Of a stretch of 64,000 nucleotides of DNA, positions 1-8,882 are shown in pieces. A program made the translations under genes and the position numbers. The notes below the pieces were generated by a model. It searched no databases, was not told where the DNA came from, and worked only from the letters and a program-made list of their open reading frames with translations. Source of the DNA: Thermoanaerobaculia bacterium (GTDB lineage: Bacteria > Acidobacteriota > Thermoanaerobaculia > UBA5066); the NCBI GenBank assembly GCA_038245905.1, contig JBBRRY010000014.1:1-64000 (forward strand), in the 5' to 3' direction. Within the stretch, counting starts at the first letter, position 1. Each line of letters opens with the position of its first letter.

Positions 1-345
1 CTCGAGGACGAGAATGAACTTGCCCTGCGTGACGAGGTACGTCTTGCAGGTTTCGTAGATCAGCTCGGACACCTCGAGCATCGCCTTGTGCACCGGCAGG
101 TTCTTCAGCTTGCCGTACATGACGAGGCCGAACGCGAGTCCGAGGGCGCAGACGACGAGCCCGAGCATGAGGAGCGCCCTTCCCGTCATCCCGAGGAACA
201 TGACGGAGGCGAGGTCCGGGAGGATGAGCTCGGACTCGTCGGCCCGGGCGGTCGTCGCGCTGAGGAGCGCGACGAGGAGCGAAGCGGCCGGTGCGAACCG
301 CAGCCAGCGGGCGGCGCGAGGGGCCGGACATGGAAGAGTGGTCAT
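1..345 (-). CDS. hppA: Membrane-bound H+/Na+-translocating pyrophosphatase, N-terminal part (runs off window)
   Basis: Manual translation: MTTLPCPAP...ELILPDL...LKNLPVHKAMLEVSELIYETCKTYLVTQGKFILVLE, typical HppA N-terminus; GAAAGGA SD upstream; not in ORF track. Confidence 0.85.
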   Translation of the reverse strand, partial: MTTLPCPAPRAARWLRFAPAASLLVALLSATTARADESELILPDLASVMFLGMTGRALLMLGLVVCALGLAFGLVMYGKLKNLPVHKAMLEVSELIYETCKTYLVTQGKFILVLE

Positions 346-373
346 CGCGGTGAACGTCCTTTCAAAACGAGCC

Positions 374-398
374 ACGTCCCCGGCAGGACCGGGGACGT
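374..398 (-). terminator. GC-rich hairpin between exbD and hppA (possible terminator or stabiliser)
   Basis: Perfect 10-bp stem ACGTCCCCGG-cagga-CCGGGGACGT; T-run is displaced a few nt downstream on the minus strand. Confidence 0.45.
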
Positions 399-431
399 CG
401 GGTGGGAGCGCGGTGGTTCCGGGAGTCAAGG

Positions 432-878
432 TCAGGGCGTCGCGGCCGCGGTCGGGTTGACCCAGTCCATGACGATGCCGATGTTGACCTTGTGATCTCC
501 GCTTCCGCTGTTGCGGACGGTGTCCATCAGCTTCATCGCGTCGTCATACTTGACGGTGTCTTCGGCCGAGAAGAAGACTACTTTCGAGCTCCGGTTGCGA
601 AGAACCTCCTGGAGGCGGATCGCGATGTTCGCGGGCTCCACCCTTTCCTTGTTCAGGTAGTACTCCTTGTTTGCCGTGAGCGACACGATGATCTGGTCCG
701 TCGGGGGCGGCGTGTTGGGCTGCGCAGGCGCGTTCGGAGGGACCTGCACCTCGTAGCCGCGCTGAAGGAGCGGCTGGACGACCATGAAGATGATGAGAAG
801 CACGAGGACGACGTCCACGAGCGGAGTCACGTTGATCTCCGACCTGGGTCCGCCGTGTCCTCCGATGTCCATGCCCAT
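432..878 (-). CDS. exbD: ExbD/TolR family biopolymer transporter
   Basis: EINVTPLVDVVLVLLIIFMV transmembrane motif with conserved Asp. Confidence 0.9.
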   Translation of the reverse strand: MGMDIGGHGGPRSEINVTPLVDVVLVLLIIFMVVQPLLQRGYEVQVPPNAPAQPNTPPPTDQIIVSLTANKEYYLNKERVEPANIAIRLQEVLRNRSSKVVFFSAEDTVKYDDAMKLMDTVRNSGSGDHKVNIGIVMDWVNPTAAATP

Positions 879-929
879 GATCCTGACTCCTTGGCCCTTA
901 CGTCTTCGTTTCTCGCAGGTCTCGTACTT

Positions 930-1349
930 CTACTTGTCGGCCTTTTTCTCGGTGATGAGGCCCACGTGCTCGAACCCGGCGTCCTTGATCATCCCCATGA
1001 CGTGCTTGACGTCGCCGAAGGTCAGGCGCTGGTCGGCCTTGATGAGCACATCCTTATTGGACGACCGCTCGCCCATCTCCTTCATCTTCGCGGCGAATTC
1101 CTTGTCCGGGAACCACTTCGTGTCGATGAAGATCGTTTTGTCGGCCTGCACCGAGATGAGAAGCTCCTTGTCGGATTCGGGCTTCTTGTCGGGCCGCTCG
1201 GTCTGCGGAAGCATGACCGCCTTGCCCTTCTGGAGCATCGGGGTCACGACCATGAAGATGATGAGGAGGACGAGGCACACGTCGACGAGCGGCGTCACGT
1301 TGATGTCGCTCTTCATGTCCTGCCGGCCGCCGAAGCTATCCATTCCCAT
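930..1349 (-). CDS. exbD: ExbD/TolR family biopolymer transporter
   Basis: DINVTPLVDVCLVLLIIFMV motif; VLIKAD periplasmic domain. Confidence 0.9.
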   Translation of the reverse strand: MGMDSFGGRQDMKSDINVTPLVDVCLVLLIIFMVVTPMLQKGKAVMLPQTERPDKKPESDKELLISVQADKTIFIDTKWFPDKEFAAKMKEMGERSSNKDVLIKADQRLTFGDVKHVMGMIKDAGFEHVGLITEKKADK

Positions 1350-1382
1350 CGAAACTTCCTCCTGGGATTCCCGGTCGGGTCC

Positions 1383-2063
1383 CTACACCGATTTCGCGGT
1401 CTGGCGCTTCATGAAGTAGTCGACCAGCTCGGACGCCGAGTTCGACATCTCGACCTGGAAGCGCTCGATCTTGTTCAGGAACAGGTTGTAGAGCCAGACG
1501 GCCGGAATGGCGACGAAGAGGCCGAGCGCCGTCGTGACGAGCGCCTCGGAGATACCGGCGGACACCGTGCCGAGGCCGCCGGCACCCGAGGCCGCCATGC
1601 CGCGGAAGGCGTTGATGATGCCGATGACCGTACCGAGGAGGCCGATGAACGGCGCCGTCGTCGCGATCGTGGCGAGGCCGCCGAGGCCCTTCTTCATGTC
1701 CGCGGTCGTCATCATGGAGGCGCGTTCGATCGCCCGTTCCGCGGCGGCGACGGTGTCGTGCCCTTGAGAGGCCGACCCGTGCGCCTCGTACGCGAACTCG
1801 AGGAGGCCCGCCGAGACCACCTTCGCGACATGGCTGTTCTTGTACTTCTTCGCGAGGTCGATGGCCTCTTTCAGCTTGTCCTGCTTGAGGTACTGCCCGA
1901 CCTCGAGCGCGAACTTCACGGACTGCTGCCGCGCCTTCTGGAAGGTGATCCAGCGCTCGACCGAAACGGCCAGCGAGTAGATCGAGAGCACACAGAGAAG
2001 GAGAAAAATGCCCTTGGCCGGCGGGCCCATCGAGGTCCAGAGGCCTCCAACACTCATATCCAT
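1383..2063 (-). CDS. exbB: MotA/TolQ/ExbB proton channel family protein
   Basis: LATIATTAPFIGLLGTVIGII and GISEALVTTALGLFVAIPA motifs; AAGGAGG SD. Confidence 0.9.
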   Translation of the reverse strand: MDMSVGGLWTSMGPPAKGIFLLLCVLSIYSLAVSVERWITFQKARQQSVKFALEVGQYLKQDKLKEAIDLAKKYKNSHVAKVVSAGLLEFAYEAHGSASQGHDTVAAAERAIERASMMTTADMKKGLGGLATIATTAPFIGLLGTVIGIINAFRGMAASGAGGLGTVSAGISEALVTTALGLFVAIPAVWLYNLFLNKIERFQVEMSNSASELVDYFMKRQTAKSV

Positions 2064-2147
2064 GTGATTTGTCCTCCTTGAATTTCTGAGTCGGTTCGTG
2101 CTGTTTTTCGAATGCCTAATGCTGTTTCGTCAGGGCTCGCCGTCCCG

Positions 2148-2882
2148 TCACTGCAGTGTGAAGGTCACGGTCACGGTGAGGTAAACGGGGACGGGCCGGC
2201 CGTTGAACGTGGCCGGTCTGTATTTCCACTGCTGCACCGCACGGATCGCCGCGTTGTCGAGAAGAGGGTTCAGGCCGCGAAGGACGCGGACGGATTCGAC
2301 GTCTCCTCCCCGCGTGATGATCGCTTCCAGGATGCAGACCCCCTGCATGCGTGCCTTTCGGGCGGCCTCGGGGTACTGAGGCTTCACGCGCGAGATCTCG
2401 ACCGGCTCCTTGACCTCGCCGCCGACGCGGAGGGGCTCCTCGCCCTTCTCACCGAGCATGCCGCCCTTGACGCCACCGAGGACGCCGCCCATGACGCCGC
2501 CGGCGACGCCTCCTTCGACGCCTCCTTCGACGCCGCCTTCGAGGCCGGCGTTATCGGGCTCCGGGACGCTCGTCGGTGGAGGAAGCGTGTCGGGAACGAC
2601 CATCGGCGAGGTCATTTGGCTCGGCTTGACGGGCTCGACCCTCGTCGTGGGCTTCGCCGCCGCAGCCTTCGGCGGAGGGGGAGGGGGAGGGGGAGGGGGA
2701 GCCGCCATGGAGTAGAACTGCACCGGGATCGGCGGCTCGGGGATGTCCTCGATGTACCACATCGAGAGGCCGAGCGCGGTCCCGATCACGACGACGTGGA
2801 TGAGGACCGAAAGCGGCAGGGTGTACCAGCGCTGGCCGCCGCCCCTGTGCTTCGCGGATTCGATGAGCGAGGCTTCGAACAT
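2148..2882 (-). CDS. tonB: Energy transducer TonB
   Basis: N-terminal TM with SxxxH, polyproline linker, GGVEGG repeats, C-terminal PQYPEAAR...WKYRPA domain. Confidence 0.9.
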   Translation of the reverse strand: MFEASLIESAKHRGGGQRWYTLPLSVLIHVVVIGTALGLSMWYIEDIPEPPIPVQFYSMAAPPPPPPPPPPKAAAAKPTTRVEPVKPSQMTSPMVVPDTLPPPTSVPEPDNAGLEGGVEGGVEGGVAGGVMGGVLGGVKGGMLGEKGEEPLRVGGEVKEPVEISRVKPQYPEAARKARMQGVCILEAIITRGGDVESVRVLRGLNPLLDNAAIRAVQQWKYRPATFNGRPVPVYLTVTVTFTLQ

Positions 2883-2900
2883 GCGTCCTCTCCTGCCTCC

Positions 2901-3797
2901 CTACATCGCCTCGAGCGGATTCTTGTTTGCCTGCTCGAGACGGTGCTTCTCCTGCATCTTCTTGCGGATCTCGAGCGCCTTCTGCTGCCACTCGGTCGCC
3001 TTCGCGTTCAGTTCGGCGACCTTCGCCGGATCCGCCTCGATCCTCACGTACTGGCGGTACAGCAGGTTCTTGTAGAGCATGGCCTCGAAGTAGTCGGGAT
3101 TGAGCTGGAGGGCCTTGTCGATCTGCGCCATCCCGAAATCGAGCATCTCTTTCCGTTTTTCGTTTGTGATGCCCTTCTCCGGAGACGTGTCGATCCCCAT
3201 CGTGTTGTAGGACTTGTCCCAGGCCGTGACGCCCATCGTGTAGAACACTTCGGCGTTGTTCGGCTCGAGCTCGCCGCGCTTCTTCTGCCATTCCATGGAG
3301 TTCTCGTAGTCGCCCTGTTTCGCGTAGAGCATCGCGATCGTCTGGACCGCCTGGGAGTCCTGCGGGTGCTTCTGCACGAGCTCCTTGAAGTACTTGATCG
3401 CGTCGTCGTACTTCTGAGCGTTCATGTAGGTCGTGACGAGGAACTTCGCGGCCTTCTCGTCCTCGGGCTTGGCGGCGAGATACTTCTTGAAGTGCTCGAT
3501 CGACCGATTCAGGGCCTCCTGGTCCTTTGCGTGCGTCGAGCCCGGGTTGTAAAGCGCCATGTAGCCCATCGCGACGAACTTGTCGAGGCGAACTTCGCTC
3601 GGGTCGAGCGCCTGGGCGGCTTCGTACTTCTTCAGGGCGTCCTCGTAGAGCTGTTCCTTGAAATAGGCGTTGCCCTCGCGGATGAGCTGCTTGCTCTTGA
3701 ACTTGTCGCAGCCCGCGGCTCCGAGCGACAGCACGGCGAGGCTCGCGGCGGCGATCCGCCGAACCGTCCGTCCCCTGCCGGTGAGATTTCCCGTCAT
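2901..3797 (-). CDS. TPR-repeat lipoprotein
   Basis: Lipobox-like LSLGAAGC followed by helical TPR-like repeats; start placed at ATG 3797 after AAGGAG. Confidence 0.7.
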   Translation of the reverse strand: MTGNLTGRGRTVRRIAAASLAVLSLGAAGCDKFKSKQLIREGNAYFKEQLYEDALKKYEAAQALDPSEVRLDKFVAMGYMALYNPGSTHAKDQEALNRSIEHFKKYLAAKPEDEKAAKFLVTTYMNAQKYDDAIKYFKELVQKHPQDSQAVQTIAMLYAKQGDYENSMEWQKKRGELEPNNAEVFYTMGVTAWDKSYNTMGIDTSPEKGITNEKRKEMLDFGMAQIDKALQLNPDYFEAMLYKNLLYRQYVRIEADPAKVAELNAKATEWQQKALEIRKKMQEKHRLEQANKNPLEAM

Positions 3798-3872
3798 CGC
3801 CCGTTCACTCCTTTCCAGTCTCGTCGTCCCGCGTTCCAAGCCGGCTCTCGGTTGGACCGCCCGCGGAGGCTC

Positions 3873-4460
3873 TTAGTTCCCTTCGTCTCCGGGGGGCCGG
3901 ACGACTCCGCCCGAGACGACGAGCTTGATCCCCTCCTCCACCGTGAGGCGGGGGTCGAGGATATCGCTTTCCTTCGCGAATATCAGGAAGCCGCTCGTGG
4001 GGTTCAACGCTGTCGGAACGTAGACCGAAAGGGTCCCGGTCTCTAGGGCTGCGATCCCGTTCCCTGTCACGAATCCCAACGCAAAGGTTCCCTTCTGAGG
4101 AAATTCGACGAGCACGACCCGCTGGAAGGCCCGACGACCGCCCGGCGACACAGCCTCGACGAGTTGCTTCGAGGCCGTATAGACGGTTTTGACAAGAGGA
4201 AGATTCTCCAAGACACGGCCGAAAAGTTCAAGGATTTTCTTCCCGATGAAGTTCGTGGAGAGAAGGCCCGTGAGCCAGATGACGACGACCGTCAGGACGA
4301 GCCCGAGGCCCGGGATCGTTCTGCCCACCAGGTGTTCGGTCAGGGGCTGACTCGCGCCGTCGATCGTGTTGAAAACGAATCTCACGACACCGACGGTGAC
4401 GACGAGGGGTACGAGCACGAGGAGACCGGCGGTGAGGTGGCGCCGGAAGCGGATCGTCAT
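3873..4460 (-). CDS. DUF502 family membrane protein
   Basis: GLLVLVPLVVT, LPLVKTVY, VVLVEFP, VYVPTALNPTSGFL, EEGIKLVVSGG motifs. Confidence 0.85.
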   Translation of the reverse strand: MTIRFRRHLTAGLLVLVPLVVTVGVVRFVFNTIDGASQPLTEHLVGRTIPGLGLVLTVVVIWLTGLLSTNFIGKKILELFGRVLENLPLVKTVYTASKQLVEAVSPGGRRAFQRVVLVEFPQKGTFALGFVTGNGIAALETGTLSVYVPTALNPTSGFLIFAKESDILDPRLTVEEGIKLVVSGGVVRPPGDEGN

Positions 4461-4469
4461 CAGGGCGGG

Positions 4470-4494
4470 ATTCTATCCGCGGACCCCCTACAAT
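4470..4494. promoter_or_regulatory. Back-to-back -10 boxes in a 40-bp divergent spacer
   Basis: TACAAT 4489-4494 (+), 6 nt before ATG 4501; TAGAAT (minus, 4470-4475), 9 nt before ATG 4460. Confidence 0.5.
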
Positions 4495-4500
4495 CCGGCT

Positions 4501-6228
4501 ATGGCGAACCGTTGGAGCTCTTCTCGTCTCCGTTTCCCCCTCCTGATACTCCTCTCGGGGGCGCTGGCGGCTTCGCGAGCCGCGGCGCAGGCCCCTCCCG
4601 ACAGGCCGACCGGCCCCTACGTGGCCCGCGGAGAGGTCGTGAGTGTCACGAACCTCGACGTCGTCGTCAGCGACGGGAAGGGGAACCGGGTCACCGGGCT
4701 CAAGCGGGAAGACTTCATCGTCATCGAGGACAACATCGAGCAGCTCATCACGAATTTCTCCCCGATCGAGCAGGGGAAGCTGATTCTGCCGGTCGAGGAG
4801 ACTCCGGCCGAGGCCGTCTCCGCCCAGCCCGCCGCCGTTCCCGCACCGCCGCCTGTCGCGAGCGCTCCGAAGACCCGCATCGTCCTCTTCATCGACAACC
4901 TCCACCTTTCCCCGTTCAACCGCAACCGCGTCCTCCGGAACGTCGAGACGTTCGTCCGCGAAAGCGTCAAAGACAACGTCGAGGGCATGATCGTCGTGTG
5001 GAACCGGTCGCTGAAGATTCGAAGAAAGTTCACGAACGATGGCCGCGATCTCTCCGATGTCCTCAAGCAGATCGAGGAGGAGAGCGCCCTCGGCCAGCAG
5101 ATCCTGTCGGACCGGCGCGAGGTCATTCAGGCGATCGACGACTCGACCACTGCCGATCACGCCGCCGGCCGCGTGCGCAGCTACTGCCTGGCGCTCGACA
5201 ACGACCTGACCTTCACGATCGACGCCATGAAGACGACGATCAACCAGCTCGCGGGCGTCGACGGCCGCAAGATCCTGATTCACGTTTCCGACGGCCTTCC
5301 GCAGTCGCCGGGTGCGGAGCTCTGGCAGTACCTTTCCGACAAGTACCGGGATGCGTCGACCCATTCCATCTCCCAGTTCGAGTTCGACCGCACCTCGAAG
5401 TACATCGGTGTCGTCCAGGCGGCGAACGCTTCGGGCGTTTCCATCTACACGATCGACGGGTCCGGTCTCTCGGTGGACTCGAACGTGTCCGCCGAGAACC
5501 GCACGACGAGCCAGCGCGTCGACACCTTCCTCGAGTGGAACAACCTCCAGTCGATGCTCAGCCTCATGGCCGAGGAGACCGGCGGCGAGGCGATCCTGAA
5601 CAAGAACGACGTACTCGTCGCGCTGAAGAACATCGAGAAGGACTACTCGTCGTATTACTCGATCGGCTACCGAAGCGTCCGCTCGGGCCTCGACCGCCCT
5701 CACAAGGTCGAAGTGAAATTGAAGAAGAAGGGGTTCGCCGTGCGCGCGCGCCGGAGCTATCTCGAGAAGGGCGTCGAGACGAAGGTCCGCGAGGCCGTCA
5801 CGTCAGCCCTGTTCTTCCCCCGAGACGACAATCCGCTCGCCGTCGGCCTGGAGGTCGGAAAGGCCGTGCCCGCGGACCGCGAGAACTTCGCGGTGCCAGT
5901 GGTCATCCGGATCCCGTACGCGCGTCTCGCGATGCTTCCAGAAGGGACGAAGGTGCGCGGCCGGGTGGTGTTCTACTTCGTGGTCATCGACTCCGCGGGC
6001 AAACAGTCCGAGCTCACGACGCAGCCCGTTCCGATCGAGCTCGACGCGAAGAGATTCGAGGCCCTCGCCCGGAAGGACTTCATTTACGACGTGAAGCTCA
6101 TCATGATCCCGGGCGGCCAGAAGCTCTCGATCGCCGTGCGCGACGACGTGACGAACCAGGTGAGCTACCTCCAGAAGTCCGTCTTCATATCGGCCTTCGC
6201 CGGCGAGGAGCCCTCGCCCCGGAAGTGA
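4501..6228 (+). CDS. Secreted VWA-domain (VWFA-related, Acidobacterial type) protein
   Basis: Signal peptide; LDVVVSDGKGNRVTGLKREDF, IVLFID, GRKILIHVSDG, MAEETGG, YYSIGY motifs. Confidence 0.8.
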   Translation: MANRWSSSRLRFPLLILLSGALAASRAAAQAPPDRPTGPYVARGEVVSVTNLDVVVSDGKGNRVTGLKREDFIVIEDNIEQLITNFSPIEQGKLILPVEETPAEAVSAQPAAVPAPPPVASAPKTRIVLFIDNLHLSPFNRNRVLRNVETFVRESVKDNVEGMIVVWNRSLKIRRKFTNDGRDLSDVLKQIEEESALGQQILSDRREVIQAIDDSTTADHAAGRVRSYCLALDNDLTFTIDAMKTTINQLAGVDGRKILIHVSDGLPQSPGAELWQYLSDKYRDASTHSISQFEFDRTSKYIGVVQAANASGVSIYTIDGSGLSVDSNVSAENRTTSQRVDTFLEWNNLQSMLSLMAEETGGEAILNKNDVLVALKNIEKDYSSYYSIGYRSVRSGLDRPHKVEVKLKKKGFAVRARRSYLEKGVETKVREAVTSALFFPRDDNPLAVGLEVGKAVPADRENFAVPVVIRIPYARLAMLPEGTKVRGRVVFYFVVIDSAGKQSELTTQPVPIELDAKRFEALARKDFIYDVKLIMIPGGQKLSIAVRDDVTNQVSYLQKSVFISAFAGEEPSPRK

Positions 6229-6244
6229 AGCTGAAAGTGAGATC

Positions 6245-6937
6245 GTGAACGCGCCCGTCTCGCGCTTCGTGCTGTTCGCCCGGGAGCCCGTTCCCGGGCG
6301 CGTGAAGACGCGTCTCGCCCGCGAGGTCGGCGCGGCCGCCGCGACGTCCCTGTACGAGGCTTTTCTCGCGGACCTCGCCGCCTGCCTGACGTCGCCGGCC
6401 GGGTGGGACGCGGTGCTCGCCTACGCCGAGTTCGAGCCCGGGCCTTACCTGCTCGCGACGTTCCGCCCTCCCTGGGATCTCGTGCCGCAGGGGGAAGGAA
6501 CTCTCGGGGAGAGGCTCACCCGTGCCATCGTGCGCGCGCGAATGGAAGGGCGTCGCGACGTGCTGGTGGCGGGCAGCGATGCGCCGACGCTTACGGGCGA
6601 GGATCTCTCCGAAGCTTTTGGTGCCCTTGCCGGGAACACGGACGTTGTTTACGCACCGGCGCCGGACGGCGGTTTTTCGCTCGTGGGGATGCGGGGAAAC
6701 GTCGATCCCGCCGCCGTCTTCCCGGCCGGCGTCCGGTGGTCGTCACCCCATGCGCTCGCCGATAGCAGAAGATCAGCCGAAGCGAAGGGTTATCTCGTGC
6801 GGTTGCTCTCGACGGTGCCCGACATCGACGAGATCACGGATCTCGGGAACGTCGAGGCCCTCTTCGCATCCGACCCGGATCTCGCGCCCGCGACACGCAG
6901 GGTGCTCTCCACGCTCCTGGGACGGAGTGCGGTCTGA
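6245..6937 (+). CDS. DUF2064/TIGR04282-like glycosyltransferase-fold protein
   Basis: FAREPVPGRVKTRLA, QGEGTLGERL, GSDAP, APDGGF, DID motifs. Confidence 0.8.
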   Translation: MNAPVSRFVLFAREPVPGRVKTRLAREVGAAAATSLYEAFLADLAACLTSPAGWDAVLAYAEFEPGPYLLATFRPPWDLVPQGEGTLGERLTRAIVRARMEGRRDVLVAGSDAPTLTGEDLSEAFGALAGNTDVVYAPAPDGGFSLVGMRGNVDPAAVFPAGVRWSSPHALADSRRSAEAKGYLVRLLSTVPDIDEITDLGNVEALFASDPDLAPATRRVLSTLLGRSAV

Positions 6938-8442
6938 GAGTCCTCGGTTCGGAGGCCGCCCGCGCCCTCGACGCGCGCACGATCGCGGCGGGAACGCCCG
7001 GGCTCGTCCTGATGAGGCGCGCGGCCAGCGCCGTCGTCCGGGAGATCGCGGGTGTCGTGGCGCGACGGCCCATGAGGGGCGTGCGTGTCGTCGTCCTGGC
7101 CGGCCCGGGAAACAACGGAGGAGACGGGTTCGAGACGGCGAGGCTCCTGCAGGCCGCGCGCGTCGCTTCAAACGTCGAAACGCTGCTCTTCGGTGCGCCG
7201 GAGCATCTCGCCGCGGACGCCCGGCGGACTCATCAGCGGCTCGGGCAGGCCGGCGGAGCCATCCGCGAAGTCACGAAGGAGGGCGACCTCGAGCCCCTTC
7301 GCGTGGCCACCGTCGTCGTGGACGCTCTTTTCGGGACCGGGTTGAAGAGGCCCATCTCGCCGGACGGGCTCCCCGCACACGCCGTGCGCCTCGTCGCCGG
7401 GGGCAAGGCGTTCGTGGTCTCGATCGACGTGCCTTCGGGCCTTTCGGCCGACGATCCTCTCCCTTGGATGCCCGCGGTCCGCGCCGACCTGACGGTCACT
7501 TTCGGATACCCGAAACCCTGTCACGTCCATCTGCCGGCCGCGGCTCTCTGCGGGCGGATCGCCGTCGCCGGGATCGGCTTTCTTCCGCTCATGGAGGACG
7601 AGAGCCGGTCCGGGAGTGACGTCGTCGCGGCAGGCGACGTGGCGTTGCTCTTTCCACGCCGCGAAGCGGCCGCGCACAAGGGGAGCTTCGGCCGCCTCCT
7701 CGTCGTGGGCGGCTCTCAGGGGATGGCTGGCGCCCCAGCGCTCACCGCGGGTGGCGCCCACCGATCCGGAGCGGGGACGGTCACCGTCTTCGCGCCGGAA
7801 TCCATCCGCGCCACGGTGCACGCATTGAGCCCCGAGACGATGACGGCAGGAGAGGGCGTCGACTTCGCGCTCTTCGACGCGCTCGCGGTCGGTCCAGGGC
7901 TCGGCGCGTCGCAGGCGGCCCGGGCGCTCGTGGAGCGCGCGGCCGATTCGCGCCTTCCCGCGGTTTTCGACGCCGACGCGCTCAACCTCGCGGGCGATGC
8001 ATCGTTCTTCGCGAGACGGCAGGCCCCTACCGTTTTGACGCCTCATCCGGGGGAAGCCGCGCGCCTTCTCGGCATCGATGCGGCACGCGTGAACGCGGAC
8101 CGCGAGGGGGCCGTGCGCGAGATCGCGTCGCGGGCGAGGTCCGTCGTGATCCTGAAGGGGTTTCGATCGCTCGTGGCGGATCCTTCAGGTCGCGTCGTGC
8201 CCGTTCTTGCCGGCAACCCGGCCATGGCCTCCGGAGGCACGGGCGACGTCCTCACCGGCGTCGTCGGGGCGTGCCTCGCGCGCGGCCTGGACGCCTTCGA
8301 CGCCGCCTCGGCGGCGGCGTGGCTTCACGGCACGGCGGGCGACTTCGTACGGGAGGCCAAGGGGGAGGAGTCGCTCCAGGCTTCCGACCTCGTCGAGGCA
8401 CTTCCGGAGGCGTTCTTCGCAGCGCGGGAGAGCGCCGGCTGA
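6934..8442 (+). CDS. nnr: Bifunctional NAD(P)H-hydrate epimerase/dehydratase
   Basis: GPGNNGGDG, VDALFGTG, DVPSG, HKGSFG, LTPHPGE, GGTGDVLTG; frame extends to CTG 6934 (ATG 7012 is the alternative). Confidence 0.9.
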   Translation: MRVLGSEAARALDARTIAAGTPGLVLMRRAASAVVREIAGVVARRPMRGVRVVVLAGPGNNGGDGFETARLLQAARVASNVETLLFGAPEHLAADARRTHQRLGQAGGAIREVTKEGDLEPLRVATVVVDALFGTGLKRPISPDGLPAHAVRLVAGGKAFVVSIDVPSGLSADDPLPWMPAVRADLTVTFGYPKPCHVHLPAAALCGRIAVAGIGFLPLMEDESRSGSDVVAAGDVALLFPRREAAAHKGSFGRLLVVGGSQGMAGAPALTAGGAHRSGAGTVTVFAPESIRATVHALSPETMTAGEGVDFALFDALAVGPGLGASQAARALVERAADSRLPAVFDADALNLAGDASFFARRQAPTVLTPHPGEAARLLGIDAARVNADREGAVREIASRARSVVILKGFRSLVADPSGRVVPVLAGNPAMASGGTGDVLTGVVGACLARGLDAFDAASAAAWLHGTAGDFVREAKGEESLQASDLVEALPEAFFAARESAG

Positions 8443-8879
8443 TGACCTCGCATGTCTCGGCAACCGTCGAGGAAACGAGACGTTTGGGCGCGAGCGTTGC
8501 GCGGGGCCTCGCGCCTGGCGACGTCGTGCTCGTCGAGGGAGAGCTCGGGGCGGGCAAGACCGAGTTCGTGAAGGGGATCGCGGCCGGGCTCGGCCTCGAC
8601 CCGGAGGACGTGTCGTCCCCGAGCTTCGCGCTCGTGCACGAGTACGGACCGGCGGGAGAGCCGCCCCTTCTCGTCCACGCCGACCTCTATCGTGTCTTCG
8701 CGGGCGCGTCGATCGCGGACCTCGGCCTCGACGAGCGGGGAAACGCGATTCTCGCGGTGGAATGGCCGCGTCCGCCGCTCACGGAACGGCGGGCGTGGAG
8801 GATCGTGCTGCGCATCGAGCCCGACGGGTCGCGTGTCATCGACGTCGAGCCTCCAGGAATCCACCCCTCCTCCCCGTAA
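8442..8879 (+). CDS. tsaE: tRNA threonylcarbamoyladenosine biosynthesis ATPase
   Basis: GELGAGKT, VSSPSFALVHEY, HADLYR, VEW; TGATG overlap with nnr. Confidence 0.9.
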   Translation: MTSHVSATVEETRRLGASVARGLAPGDVVLVEGELGAGKTEFVKGIAAGLGLDPEDVSSPSFALVHEYGPAGEPPLLVHADLYRVFAGASIADLGLDERGNAILAVEWPRPPLTERRAWRIVLRIEPDGSRVIDVEPPGIHPSSP

Positions 8880-8882
8880 GGC

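Noticed and set aside
2460-2545. 12-bp imperfect tandem repeats
   Set aside because: They encode GGVxGG repeats typical of TonB proteins and are not a CRISPR or mobile repeat.
2674-2700. (GGAGGG)n tract, potential G-quadruplex or contingency repeat
   Set aside because: It encodes the normal TonB polyproline linker, and a 6-bp unit would not shift the frame.
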